Assembly (NCBI GenBank): GCA_009924895.1
Contig: RFQR01000003.1
Location: 1,066 to 65,065, forward strand
DNA: 64,000 nucleotides
Origin: a bacterium
GTDB taxonomy: Bacteria > Patescibacteriota > Minisyncoccia > Phycocordibacterales > UBA2100
Direction: 5' to 3'
The notes under the pieces were generated by a model that searched no databases, was not told the origin of the DNA, and saw nothing but the letters and a program-made list of their open reading frames with translations. Of this stretch, positions 26,083 through 36,155 are shown in pieces (positions within the stretch are counted from its first letter, which is position 1; every line of letters begins with the position of its first letter). The position numbers and the translations under genes are program-made.

Positions 26083-27639
26083 GTGCCAGCAAACTTGTAC
26101 AATGCGGTTGTGGAAAAACAAAAAATTGAATCGGGGTTTGCACGCGTTTTCGGCGCACAAAGCGGTCTTCCCGGCACCCTCGTATCCGTTGAATGCGATA
26201 TCGTGAAAGGACTTCATGCATTCACGATTGTCGGACTTCCTGATAAATCAGTCGAAGAAGCAAAGGATAGGATTGCCGCTGCCATAAAAAATTCTGGACT
26301 CGAATCTCCAAAGCGAAGCAACAAAAAAATTGTGTTCTCGCTCGCTCCCGCAGCACTCAAGAAAGAAGGTGCTGCTTTTGATATTCCAATTGCAATTGCA
26401 TTTTTACTTGCATCAGAACAAATCAAATGCGATACGTCACATTCACTTTTTGCAGGCGAACTTGCGCTCGATGGGTCAGTGCGCCCCATCACCGGAGCAC
26501 TCTCAATCGCTACTGTTGCACGCGAAAACAATCTGAGTGATTTGTATGTCCCGGAAGAAAACGCCGAAGAAGTTGCACTTGTCTCAGGACTCAGAATCAT
26601 TCCCATAAAATCACTCGAAGATTTAATCAAACAACTCACCTCAACCACAAAGCGCATTTATGCGCGCAAGAAAACAACGAGTACAAAGATAACAGAGGAA
26701 AATTCCTTTGATGAAATTCGTGGACAAGAAGCAGGGAAGCGCGGCCTCATCATCGCTGCATCTGGCGCACACAACATCGCACTCTACGGTCCACCAGGCA
26801 CTGGAAAAACGCTTCTTGCACGCGCAATCGCTTCAATCCTTCCTGATCTTGATGAACGCGAAACCATCGAGGTCACCACCATTCACTCACTTGCTGGTGC
26901 GTTACACGGAGTCATGACACGGCCTCCGTTCCGCTCACCGCATCACACATCATCATACGCGTCACTGATTGGTGGCTCTGCAACACCAAAACCAGGCGAG
27001 GCTTCTCTTGCACATCGTGGCATACTCTTTTGCGATGAGTTTCCCGAGTTTAGACGTGATGTCATTCAGGCATTGCGCGAACCGCTCGAAGATCGTGTGG
27101 TTTCTGTTTCGCGTGCAAAAGGCAGTGCAATTTTCCCCGCAAACTTTATGTTGGTCGCGGCGCTCAATCCCTGTCCCTGCGGTCACTACGGAACAGGGAA
27201 GTGTCAGTGTATGCCGCACGTTGTTGAAAAATATCGCCGCAAAATTTCAGGCCCGATTGCTGATCGTATCGATATGTGGGTACACGTAAACGCGATGCCA
27301 CTTGAGAGACTTTCGCTTCAGAAAAAAAGTGTTTCGGGTGAAGGAGAGAAAGCACGCGCGTCAGTTTCTCACGCGCGAGCATTGCAGAAAAAGCGTTTCG
27401 CAAACACAAAACTTTCAACAAACACCGACATGGGACCGAAAGAGATCGAAAGTTTTGCTCAGCTTTCTAAAGAAGCAGAAGACACCCTACTCAAAGCTGC
27501 CAGCTCGCTCAAACTTTCCGCACGTGGATTTCACCGCACCATCAAACTTGCTCGTACCATTGCCGACCTCGCCGAAAGTGAATCCATTTTGGTACCTCAT
27601 ATGCTCGAAGCGCTCCAATATCGCGCAAAGGACGCCTAG
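26083..27639 (+). CDS. YifB/ComM-family Mg-chelatase-like AAA+ ATPase
   Basis: HAFTIVGLPDKSVEEAKDRI, Walker A GPPGTGKT, and C-terminal Mg_chelatase_C. GTG start; the exact start is uncertain. Confidence 0.85.
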   Translation: MPANLYNAVVEKQKIESGFARVFGAQSGLPGTLVSVECDIVKGLHAFTIVGLPDKSVEEAKDRIAAAIKNSGLESPKRSNKKIVFSLAPAALKKEGAAFDIPIAIAFLLASEQIKCDTSHSLFAGELALDGSVRPITGALSIATVARENNLSDLYVPEENAEEVALVSGLRIIPIKSLEDLIKQLTSTTKRIYARKKTTSTKITEENSFDEIRGQEAGKRGLIIAASGAHNIALYGPPGTGKTLLARAIASILPDLDERETIEVTTIHSLAGALHGVMTRPPFRSPHHTSSYASLIGGSATPKPGEASLAHRGILFCDEFPEFRRDVIQALREPLEDRVVSVSRAKGSAIFPANFMLVAALNPCPCGHYGTGKCQCMPHVVEKYRRKISGPIADRIDMWVHVNAMPLERLSLQKKSVSGEGEKARASVSHARALQKKRFANTKLSTNTDMGPKEIESFAQLSKEAEDTLLKAASSLKLSARGFHRTIKLARTIADLAESESILVPHMLEALQYRAKDA

Positions 27640-27643
27640 GGCA

Positions 27644-28633
27644 TCAGTGGGTCAAATGACTGACACTGCCACCAACTCGCGTTGCCTGAAACACCGCATC
27701 TGCAAGAAGTGAGTCGATTGGCACCATAGAAAGCCATGATTTGGTATGTTTCACAAAATCTGCACTGCGAGGAATAGATGTAGAACACATGACGGGAACC
27801 TGCGCGCGTGCAAAATGCTCGAGCGAGTCGCCGCTAAAAATGCCGTGCGTTGCACACACAAACACCTCTCGCGCTCCGCGCTCTTTGAGTACACTGACCA
27901 CGCCACGGATCGTTCCGCCCGTATCAATCATGTCATCGCAGATGATAACGGTCTTACCTTCAATCGGCTCTCCCACAATTGAAACTACTTCGGAAGCATT
28001 TACTCGCGGACGCCGCTTTTCAAAAATCGCCACCGGAGCGTCACCCAACTTTTTTGCAAATCTGCGTGCGCGTACTGCTCCCCCGAAATCTGGAGCAACC
28101 ACTACAAAGTTTTCACGGGTCTTTTTAAATTGAATGAGAAATTGTTCCACAAACACATGCATACCCTGCACGTTATCAACCGGAATAGAAAAGAATCCTT
28201 GTTCTTGATCTGCGTGCATGTCAACGGTGATGATGCGTTCCACGGCGCGATTTGATTCAATGATGTCGGCAAGCATGCGGGCAGAAATCGGTACCCGTGG
28301 TTTGTGTTTGCGATCTTGTCGTAAATAGGGGATGTACGGAAGTACCAACGTGATACCAGCAACCGACGCGCGCATAAGCATATCGTTCACCAGGAGCAGT
28401 TTCACAATCGCGTCATTGGGTGACGGAAGTTGCATAGGATGAAACAAAAACACGTGCTGACGGCGCACGGTAACTGGAACATGCGGAAGCACTTCACCGT
28501 TTGCAAATGGTTCGTACTCCACTCTGTAGTGCGGAAGTTGTATCCGATATTTTTTTGCAAGGATTTTCAAAACACTCGCAGCAGTTTCATGCATTCCTTC
28601 GGTCGAGACGATAACGAATGGGCTAGTTTTCAT
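27644..28633 (-). CDS. prs: Ribose-phosphate pyrophosphokinase
   Basis: VICDDMIDTGGTI and the PRPP-binding loop. The ATG at 28633 is preferred over the ORF-track extension. Confidence 0.9.
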   Translation of the reverse strand: MKTSPFVIVSTEGMHETAASVLKILAKKYRIQLPHYRVEYEPFANGEVLPHVPVTVRRQHVFLFHPMQLPSPNDAIVKLLLVNDMLMRASVAGITLVLPYIPYLRQDRKHKPRVPISARMLADIIESNRAVERIITVDMHADQEQGFFSIPVDNVQGMHVFVEQFLIQFKKTRENFVVVAPDFGGAVRARRFAKKLGDAPVAIFEKRRPRVNASEVVSIVGEPIEGKTVIICDDMIDTGGTIRGVVSVLKERGAREVFVCATHGIFSGDSLEHFARAQVPVMCSTSIPRSADFVKHTKSWLSMVPIDSLLADAVFQATRVGGSVSHLTH

Positions 28634-28744
28634 ACCCGTATGGTACACGAAGCATCGCCAAAGGGGGAGCGGTAATCGAAGTAAGGGGAATCTATCCCCC
28701 ACAACAGAATTGTGCAGTGTCAGTGAGGTGGTATCCTGAGAGGC

Positions 28745-29611
28745 ATGGCAATTGATACTACTCCTACCACAGACGCTCCGAAAAAATCTCGCGTTGAAGA
28801 ACTAATGGAAACAACAAGAGACCGTTCTCGTGAACAGGCGCGCATGAGTGCAAGCATGGACAGCTTACCCGGAAACAATCGATGGACAGAGAGACTAGGG
28901 GTTGCAACTCGTGGCCGTCTCTCAGCGTTTCGCACGTGGGCAGGAACGATAAAAGATCGCAATTTTGCTCACTGGCATGCCGGGACCGCAGGTGCACTTG
29001 AAGGTAAACTTGGCACTTTAGAACTCGACACAGAAAAACTCGAAAAAAAACTACTCCAAATACAAATGAAGCGAGATACGCTCATGATAAAAAATGAGGG
29101 CAGAAATAAGATTTTTCAGTGGTGGACCAATAACGTTACGCTTCCTGGCCTCGCACAGGATGAAAGTGCAACACAAGACTCACTTCAAGTTACTCGCAGC
29201 GAAGCCGAAGCGGTAAAACTTCTAATTCAACGAGCCCGAGACAAGGAAAGTAAACACGACCGGAGAATCAACTCGATAGCTGAGAAGCATTCAAAATCTC
29301 TCCGCGATCAGCTCGCCATTGTGGAAGTTAAAAAACGCACCTTAGACGCTGAAGCTGAGAAGTACGGAAACATCATCCGAGAGTACGAAGAAGGCATCGC
29401 CGCCATGCGTGGAAAAATGCTCCAGGGTCAGGCAGTGTTACTGGGGAGAAAGGACTTTACAGAAGCGCAGCGAACTCAGGCGCGCAATGTTCTAAGAGAA
29501 TTAAACCGCAAGATTCTTCGCGCCGAAGCATCCCTAGAAACAGAGAAAAAGGCCTACCAATCGTGCGAAGAGCATCGTTCTCGTGTGGCGCGCAGCCACA
29601 TGCTTCTTTAG
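28745..29611 (+). CDS. Hypothetical coiled-coil protein
   Basis: Long charged, helical composition; no motif. Confidence 0.4.
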   Translation: MAIDTTPTTDAPKKSRVEELMETTRDRSREQARMSASMDSLPGNNRWTERLGVATRGRLSAFRTWAGTIKDRNFAHWHAGTAGALEGKLGTLELDTEKLEKKLLQIQMKRDTLMIKNEGRNKIFQWWTNNVTLPGLAQDESATQDSLQVTRSEAEAVKLLIQRARDKESKHDRRINSIAEKHSKSLRDQLAIVEVKKRTLDAEAEKYGNIIREYEEGIAAMRGKMLQGQAVLLGRKDFTEAQRTQARNVLRELNRKILRAEASLETEKKAYQSCEEHRSRVARSHMLL

Positions 29612-29650
29612 AGTGAAATCAGTCGAGTTGTAGGTGGATATGCCCGTGAA

Positions 29651-30631
29651 GTGGCAAACGCATCAACTATTCCGCACACTGAAGCCGGAAATACTGCGAT
29701 GGAGGCGCAACGAAGCAGGGCGGGAATGGAGTTTTTTGATCAATTGGCAACTGAAAACAACATCACTGACCCCAACGCGGCACGAAGTCGCCCCGGACAG
29801 CAAGGCCCAGACACAGCTCGTCCACGCGCACAAAACGAAACAACCCCTCGACAATCCTCACCGAATCCTCCCGAATGGCAGCTAGGTCCCCAAGAAATAT
29901 TAAATGGTTCGGACCCAAACAGAGAGGATGGACCACCCGTCGCGGAAGAGAGGATTGAAAGGGTTGTCCCACCCGTACGTCAACGTAAAGAAATACCAAC
30001 CCGTGTTCCACCACGCAGACAGGAGAGAACCCAAACACGAGCAGACGCGGTGGAAATTCCTGATGCACAGGCGTTAGTACAAAAGGCACGTAGCGACCGC
30101 GACAAGGGAATAGGTTCATTTGTTAAAACACTGTTTGGTAAAGGCTGGCTCTGGGGAGAGGGTGCATTTTGGAAAAGGAAACCTGCGCGTACTATAGATG
30201 CGCCTCGCCAAGTACCTGCAAATGGCGATGACAATGCCACCAATGCGGTAGCGAACCGGACATCGGATTCGACAAGAGCCGCAGGCACTGAAAGAACGCA
30301 AGCTGATTATGGGAAGATCGTAAGTTTCAACAAGGAAGACTTGTCAGTTGAAACTCAAATTTCTCTTATTAACAAGATATTCAATGAATCCTTCAAAGAC
30401 ACGGGAGCATTCATAAGCCATTTCAACCCTAATTTTAAGGCAGAAGAATACACTTTTAACAGTATGAGCGGCAAGGATTTTGCTGATGCACTGAGAGATA
30501 TGGCTACACAATCAATCAGCACAGCTTATAGTGGGGGAGGGGAAGCGAACTTCTGGAAATATCTGCGAGAAAAGGGAATATCATCATCTGAACTTTCTGA
30601 CAAATTGGCGAAGGCTTTTTATCAATCCTAA
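29651..30631 (+). CDS. Hypothetical low-complexity protein
   Basis: Pro/Arg/Gln-rich N-terminal half. Confidence 0.35.
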   Translation: MANASTIPHTEAGNTAMEAQRSRAGMEFFDQLATENNITDPNAARSRPGQQGPDTARPRAQNETTPRQSSPNPPEWQLGPQEILNGSDPNREDGPPVAEERIERVVPPVRQRKEIPTRVPPRRQERTQTRADAVEIPDAQALVQKARSDRDKGIGSFVKTLFGKGWLWGEGAFWKRKPARTIDAPRQVPANGDDNATNAVANRTSDSTRAAGTERTQADYGKIVSFNKEDLSVETQISLINKIFNESFKDTGAFISHFNPNFKAEEYTFNSMSGKDFADALRDMATQSISTAYSGGGEANFWKYLREKGISSSELSDKLAKAFYQS

Positions 30632-30640
30632 ATTCTCATC

Positions 30641-30874
30641 ATGACCACGAACCCCGACATGACAACTAATGAATTGCTCGCTTCTCTCAGCGAGCTTGAT
30701 TGTGAGATTGATTCTACAGTGACGAAATTCGAGCAAGATACTACTGCTACCCGCTCAACACTGAATGAACGTTTTGCAGACGCAGATAAGGCGTTAGAAG
30801 ATTTTGTAGAGGAAATTAGCATCACAAGCGATCTAACACCTGTCAGTGAAACAGAGGAAGACCTTACAAAATAA
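30641..30874 (+). CDS. Hypothetical small acidic protein
   Basis: 77 aa, directly downstream on the same strand. Confidence 0.3.
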   Translation: MTTNPDMTTNELLASLSELDCEIDSTVTKFEQDTTATRSTLNERFADADKALEDFVEEISITSDLTPVSETEEDLTK

Positions 30875-30923
30875 ATGCTCGCACGAGGGTCATTACGTAG
30901 TGAAAAAGATTGTGATTCATAGA

Positions 30924-31955
30924 TTATCGGGCAAATGGGTTGCGGGGACCGTTACGGACCTCAAAGTGAAGGTGGGGGCCCGTTGAGCGACCGGTGTTGC
31001 CTACATAACCAATCACCTGACCCTGTACGACATTTTCACCAACACCAACGACAATTCGCGACTGGTGCGCATAGAGGGTCTGCGAGCCGTTGTCATGCTG
31101 GATGACTACGTAGTTGCCATACCCACCATTCCATCCACCTTGGCGCGCAACGATGACTTCACCATCTGCTGAAGCCATAATTGGCGTACCTATCGAATTA
31201 CCCATGTCAACGCCGTTAAAGCCGTGCAATCCCTGTGTCAGAGTATAGCGTGCAAGCGGCGCCGCATAGTAAGCGTTTTCCGCAAGAGTCCCAATAGGAC
31301 CTACGTCATGTGGTGTATTTGTTCTCGGTTTCTGGGGCTTTGCGGGGCGCGTTACGACTGGTATCGGCACTTCCGCATCGGGAATGGTAATCACTTTTCC
31401 TGGGGTGAGCACCTCGCCAAGCTCGTTGTAATTCACGATTTCATCAGCATCTGCCTTAAATGTCTTTGCAATTGATGCGATGGTATCACCTTTTTTCACC
31501 GTGTACGTGATACCTGAAACTGGTAATATAGTGAGTGTATCACCCACCTTGAGCGGCGCCCCCGGCGCAAGGTTATTTGCCCATCGAATCGTATTTACAC
31601 TGACATCAAAGAGCTTTGCGATTCCTGAAATAGTGTCTCCCTGCTTCACAACGTAGATACTGATTTGTGAGTTGCGCGGTCGTTCGAGATCGGCAACGGT
31701 CCCGACCGGACCTTCGTCAGGAACGAGCGCCGAATCGCCCACAATCGTTAAATCACCCCCGCCTTGGGCTGGCGAAGGGTCAATGTTACTTGCAGGGCGC
31801 GCAAGAGGCATGGTTTGCACGGTTTCGGTGCGACTTTGCGGCTGATTTTTGAGCCCGAGAGAGGTCAAAATGTCTGAAATCACACCCGCATGAACAGACG
31901 CAGGGAGGAAGCTCCCGATGAGAAGAAGGGCAGAGATGAGTGGAGCACTACGCAC
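30924..31955 (-). CDS. Secreted LysM-LysM-M23 peptidase
   Basis: Signal peptide; two LysM repeats (YVVKQGDTISGIAKLF; YTVKKGDTIASIAKTF); M23 motifs (HGFNGVDMG...GNYVVIQHDNGSQTLYAH...GNTGRSTGPHLHFE). Confidence 0.85.
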   Translation of the reverse strand: MRSAPLISALLLIGSFLPASVHAGVISDILTSLGLKNQPQSRTETVQTMPLARPASNIDPSPAQGGGDLTIVGDSALVPDEGPVGTVADLERPRNSQISIYVVKQGDTISGIAKLFDVSVNTIRWANNLAPGAPLKVGDTLTILPVSGITYTVKKGDTIASIAKTFKADADEIVNYNELGEVLTPGKVITIPDAEVPIPVVTRPAKPQKPRTNTPHDVGPIGTLAENAYYAAPLARYTLTQGLHGFNGVDMGNSIGTPIMASADGEVIVARQGGWNGGYGNYVVIQHDNGSQTLYAHQSRIVVGVGENVVQGQVIGYVGNTGRSTGPHLHFEVRNGPRNPFAR

Positions 31956-32232
31956 AGCAGAAGCCTCTCTCGTATGTGCCCTCGAGGAGCGGAATTTCCG
32001 CTCTCGAGAGGATGGTTGTATGAGTTGTATAAGCCTCAGTAAATACGGGCACCCGAAACGGTATAAACTGTAATCCTTGGCTTAATAGAAGGCTTTTTTA
32101 GTGCTTTCTACTCCAGGACCGAGCGTGTCAGAGGGGTACCAGTAGGTCCACTGTAGCCTTTTTAACGCTTTCGAGTCAATAGAGTATTTATTTCACAATT
32201 GTATAACTAATTGTCAATTTTTTGACCCCTCC

Positions 32233-35200
32233 ATGGGGTATACTGCCCCCATGTCAGACCATCTTCAGGCCCTCAACAGCGCCCAAAGGCAAGCGGCTGA
32301 ACATCTCCACGGCCCCCTCCTTATCGTCGCCGGGGCGGGGGCGGGAAAAACGAAAACCGTCACGCATCGCATAGCAAATCTCATTGCACACGGGGTGCCA
32401 GGCCACTCTATACTTGCCCTAACCTTTACGAACAAGGCCGCGGGGGAGATGAAGGAGCGCGTATACAAACTCCTTACTGGTACGGGGGGTGGCGTACCCT
32501 TTGTCGCAACATTCCATACTCTCGGGGTACGCCTTTTACGTGAATTCCATGTTGAAGCCCGGGTCCCCAAGCATTTCAGTATCTGGGATCGTGATGACTC
32601 GCTCCGTGCCACGAAGCGTATCTTGAAAGAGATGGGGGACGAAAAGAGCGCTCCTCGTACCATTTTTGGCGCACTGTCGAAGGCGAAGGGTCTTGGGAAA
32701 ACGATTCAAGAATACCGGGACGAGAGCTCGAGCTACTTTCGAGACCAAGTTGTACGAGTATGGGAGAAATACGAAACGACATTACATGAAGAAGGCGCAC
32801 TTGATTTTGAGGATTTACTTGTTCGCACCCGAAACCTCTTGCGCGACAACACCCATGTGCGCTCCCTCCTCAATCACCGCTGGCAATTTATCACGATCGA
32901 TGAGTATCAGGATACCAACGCAATCCAGTATGATATTGCTCGTCTTCTGGCCGGAGAAAAGATGAATTTGTGTGTCGTGGGCGACGTGGATCAATGCCTC
33001 GTTGAGGGTACACCAGTAACCATGGCAGACCAGACTCTAAAAAATATTGAGGAGATAAAAAGAGGCGACTGGGTCTTATCAAATTACGGACAGGGTTCTT
33101 TGCGTCCGGCACAGGTGCTCTCTACTCGAGCGCATACGACAAAAAAAATTGTGCGCATCACGTTTCAGAACGGAGATCACCTTGAAAGTACGCCGGAACA
33201 TATTCATTTTGCCGGTTATAAACTAGGATTGACTACTCAAACATATTTTACGTATCTCATGCACAAAAGAGGAAAGGGTTTCCGCCTTGGAGTATCCCAG
33301 GTATACACTCGGGGACAGAAACAAGCAGTGGTTGGATTTGTGCAACGATGCAACCAGGAGCATGCAGACGGTGTGTGGATTATTGAAACCCACAACAGCA
33401 TCCAAAAAGCGCGCGTTGCTGAGTATGTGCTGTCGCTCAAATACAAGATTCCTACACTACCTTTTGTTGCACGCAAAGGTGGAAGTACGAATGGATATGT
33501 ACATGACCAAACCGTTCTTGACGAGGTATTTGAACGCCTCGAAACCGAGAGCGCAGGAGAAGCACTCTTACACGATGCCGGATTATACAAAGAGTTTCCT
33601 CATCACGCGCCACGCTCTCGCGCTAGTAGCCGCAGGAATATGGTTATAACATTGTGCGCGAGTTCTCGCGGTAAAACGCCAATGCACACTATTTCGATAG
33701 TTGGTAACGATGCACAAGGAAAAAAAGATTTATTGGCACTTGGGTTTTCAGTGCGTCCTGCAAAAAAAGGTTCAGAAAGCTGGCGGTTTGAAACCGCGCA
33801 CGCGTCTTTTGACGACGTCATGTCTCGAGTCCAAAAAGTACTGTCCTTATGGCCAGATGCTCACATCATTAAAACTGCTCGACTTGGCGGCAAGAAGGAC
33901 AAACCTAAAGACGGTAATTCACTACCCTTTACTCCCGCATCTTCGGTACGCGCCGGTATGGTGCTCTTTAGAGCTGATGGAGGATATGAAACGGTACAGA
34001 GCGTTGAGACGATAGAAGCAAAACGATCGGTGTACGATCTCAACATCACCCCCACACACAACTTTATCGCGCACGGCATCGTGACCCATAACTGTATTTA
34101 CTCATGGAGAAATGCTGACATTGGGAACCTGCTCTTGTTTGAAAAAACTTTTCCTGGCACCAAAACCGTAACACTTGAGGAAAACTATCGTTCAACACGC
34201 ACCATTCTTGCCGCAGCAAACGGTGTGATAGAAAAAAATGTGCGACGAGTGCCAAAAAAACTCTTCACCCACAACGATACCGGCGAAGCAATTGTGGTCT
34301 ACGGGGCAGGGGACGAGACCGGAGAGGCTTTGTTTGTTGCAGGAGAAGCCGCGCGACTGGTGCGAGAGGGTGTGCGTCCGCACTCCATCGCCGTTCTCTA
34401 CCGTCAAAATTTTCAATCGCGCGCACTTGAAGAAGCCTTTTTACGTCTCAGGCTTCCATATCATGTTCTGGGGACACGCTTCTTCGAACGAGCAGAGGTA
34501 AAAGACGTGCTTTCATATCTGCGTGCAGCATTAAATCCCACAAGCGTGAACGATATTTCACGTATTATCTCCTCTCCACCGCGCGGCATCGGTAAGCAAA
34601 CGCTCGAAAAAATGTTTGCAAAGCAGGAGGCCTCGCTCCCCGCTGCAGCTCGAGGAAAAATCGCTGCATTTCGCGCCTCGCTCGAGAAAGTCCGTCATGC
34701 GTGCCTCACGCTACCACCATCAGAAACGGTTCGATTTGCGATAGAGGAGAGCGGTCTTGAAAAGCACTGGAGCGGAGATGACGAAGAATCAAAAGAGCGC
34801 CTTGGTAACATGCGCGAACTGGTAAACCTTGCGACCCGCTATGACCATGAGACACCCGAGGAGGGAATCGCGCACCTCTTAGAAGAAGCGGCGCTCCAGA
34901 GCGAGCAAGATACGTTGAAAGAAGAGGGCGGCATGATATCGCTTATGACCATTCACGCCTCCAAGGGACTCGAGTTTGATGCAGTATTTGTGACGGGACT
35001 CGAACAGGGACTTTTTCCCAATGAGCCGCGCGAGGAAGACATCGATCGCGATGAAGAAGAGGAACGTAGGCTCTTTTATGTCGCACTCACCCGTGCGCGC
35101 AAACATGCGTATCTGACATATGCCCGCTCGCGCATGAAATACGGTTCCCGCGAGAGTGCATTCCCTTCAGAATTTATTGCCGATATCGATGAACGCCTTG

Positions 35201-35283
35201 TGGAGGATCGCACCCCTGTTGAAGTAAAGAAGTTTTCTGGCTTTCGAGGATTTCTTGATGACGACGAGGACATTATTCGCTGA
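32233..35283 (+). CDS. UvrD/PcrA-family DNA helicase containing an intein
   Basis: Walker A GAGAGKT, DEYQDTN, and VGDVDQ|[intein]|CIYSWRNA (motif III interrupted). The extein is ~650 aa. Confidence 0.85.
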   Translation: MGYTAPMSDHLQALNSAQRQAAEHLHGPLLIVAGAGAGKTKTVTHRIANLIAHGVPGHSILALTFTNKAAGEMKERVYKLLTGTGGGVPFVATFHTLGVRLLREFHVEARVPKHFSIWDRDDSLRATKRILKEMGDEKSAPRTIFGALSKAKGLGKTIQEYRDESSSYFRDQVVRVWEKYETTLHEEGALDFEDLLVRTRNLLRDNTHVRSLLNHRWQFITIDEYQDTNAIQYDIARLLAGEKMNLCVVGDVDQCLVEGTPVTMADQTLKNIEEIKRGDWVLSNYGQGSLRPAQVLSTRAHTTKKIVRITFQNGDHLESTPEHIHFAGYKLGLTTQTYFTYLMHKRGKGFRLGVSQVYTRGQKQAVVGFVQRCNQEHADGVWIIETHNSIQKARVAEYVLSLKYKIPTLPFVARKGGSTNGYVHDQTVLDEVFERLETESAGEALLHDAGLYKEFPHHAPRSRASSRRNMVITLCASSRGKTPMHTISIVGNDAQGKKDLLALGFSVRPAKKGSESWRFETAHASFDDVMSRVQKVLSLWPDAHIIKTARLGGKKDKPKDGNSLPFTPASSVRAGMVLFRADGGYETVQSVETIEAKRSVYDLNITPTHNFIAHGIVTHNCIYSWRNADIGNLLLFEKTFPGTKTVTLEENYRSTRTILAAANGVIEKNVRRVPKKLFTHNDTGEAIVVYGAGDETGEALFVAGEAARLVREGVRPHSIAVLYRQNFQSRALEEAFLRLRLPYHVLGTRFFERAEVKDVLSYLRAALNPTSVNDISRIISSPPRGIGKQTLEKMFAKQEASLPAAARGKIAAFRASLEKVRHACLTLPPSETVRFAIEESGLEKHWSGDDEESKERLGNMRELVNLATRYDHETPEEGIAHLLEEAALQSEQDTLKEEGGMISLMTIHASKGLEFDAVFVTGLEQGLFPNEPREEDIDRDEEEERRLFYVALTRARKHAYLTYARSRMKYGSRESAFPSEFIADIDERLVEDRTPVEVKKFSGFRGFLDDDEDIIR
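32995..34092 (+). mobile_element. Intein (366 aa) inserted in helicase motif III of the UvrD-like gene
   Basis: Begins with Cys (CLVEGTPV, block A), has TPEH (block B), ends ...NFIAHGIVTHN, and is followed by Cys+1. The central domain is presumably endonuclease-like. Confidence 0.75.
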
Positions 35284-35300
35284 TTCCCAATGATTGCAAT

Positions 35301-35336
35301 GTTGCTATTTATTCACGGTCGTGAATAAATAGCAAC
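35301..35336. repeat. Perfect 16-bp inverted repeat with a 4-nt loop
   Basis: gttgctatttattcac-ggtc-gtgaataaatagcaac, between the helicase stop and rsmA. No T-run follows. Confidence 0.6.
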
Positions 35337-35372
35337 TTAGTCGAACGCTTCTAGTGTGATACCGTACTGCAG

Positions 35373-36155
35373 ATGGGTGCGCGTTTAGGACAACATTTTC
35401 TCACTTCTGAAGGAGCGGCACATTCGTTGGTGAACGCGTTGCCGCTGCAAACGGGGGATACGATTGTTGAAATTGGGCCAGGAAAAGGAGCACTTACCAA
35501 AGTACTACTAAAAACGGGGAACCGAGTGGTCGCGATTGAAAAAGACGAGTTGCTTGCCGAGACGCTACACGAAACGTTTCGTGCTGAATGTGCTGCGGCG
35601 CAGTTACAGATTGTTACCGGAGATGTGCGTGATTTTGATCCACAGCAACACACAAGGGGTCCTTATGTACTTGCTGCGAATATTCCCTACTACATTACGG
35701 GCGAGATACTACGAATGTTTCTCACCGCATCGAAACAGCCGCACGCGATGGCACTTTTAATGCAAAAAGAGGTGGCGGAACGCATTGTGGCACGAGACAA
35801 AAAAGAGAGCCTGTTATCGCTTTCGGTGAAAGCGTACGGCACGCCAAAGATTGTGGCAAAAGTGAAACGGGGATCGTTTTCACCGCCGCCAAAAGTCGAC
35901 TCAGCGATTCTTCTCATTGATACAATTTCTCGTGATTTTTTTACTTCCATTTCTGAGAACGAATTTTTTGAGGTGCTGCATGCGGGTTTTGCCGCAAAGC
36001 GGAAGCAACTCGGCGGCGCACTCGAAAAAGTGTTTGGCACAAGAGCGCGAGAGGCACTCGGTCAATGCAGCATATCAGAAAAAGCCCGGGCAGAAGATCT
36101 ATCTCTTGAGCAGTGGAAAAAACTCACAGAGACTTTATCTTCCTGGGGTCGGTGA
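35373..36155 (+). CDS. rsmA: 16S rRNA (adenine1518/1519-N6)-dimethyltransferase
   Basis: LGQHFL...VVEIGPGKGALT...VVAIEKD...ANIPY. Confidence 0.9.
   Translation: MGARLGQHFLTSEGAAHSLVNALPLQTGDTIVEIGPGKGALTKVLLKTGNRVVAIEKDELLAETLHETFRAECAAAQLQIVTGDVRDFDPQQHTRGPYVLAANIPYYITGEILRMFLTASKQPHAMALLMQKEVAERIVARDKKESLLSLSVKAYGTPKIVAKVKRGSFSPPPKVDSAILLIDTISRDFFTSISENEFFEVLHAGFAAKRKQLGGALEKVFGTRAREALGQCSISEKARAEDLSLEQWKKLTETLSSWGR

Noticed and set aside
29763-30288. Minus-strand ORFs (118 and 102 aa) inside the 29651..30631 hypothetical gene
   Set aside because: The plus-strand ORF is longer and co-oriented with its neighbours. All three are low-complexity, so this choice is itself uncertain.
32265-33112. 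Antisense and alternate-frame ORFs inside the UvrD-like helicase gene
   Set aside because: They fall inside a gene with clear helicase motifs.
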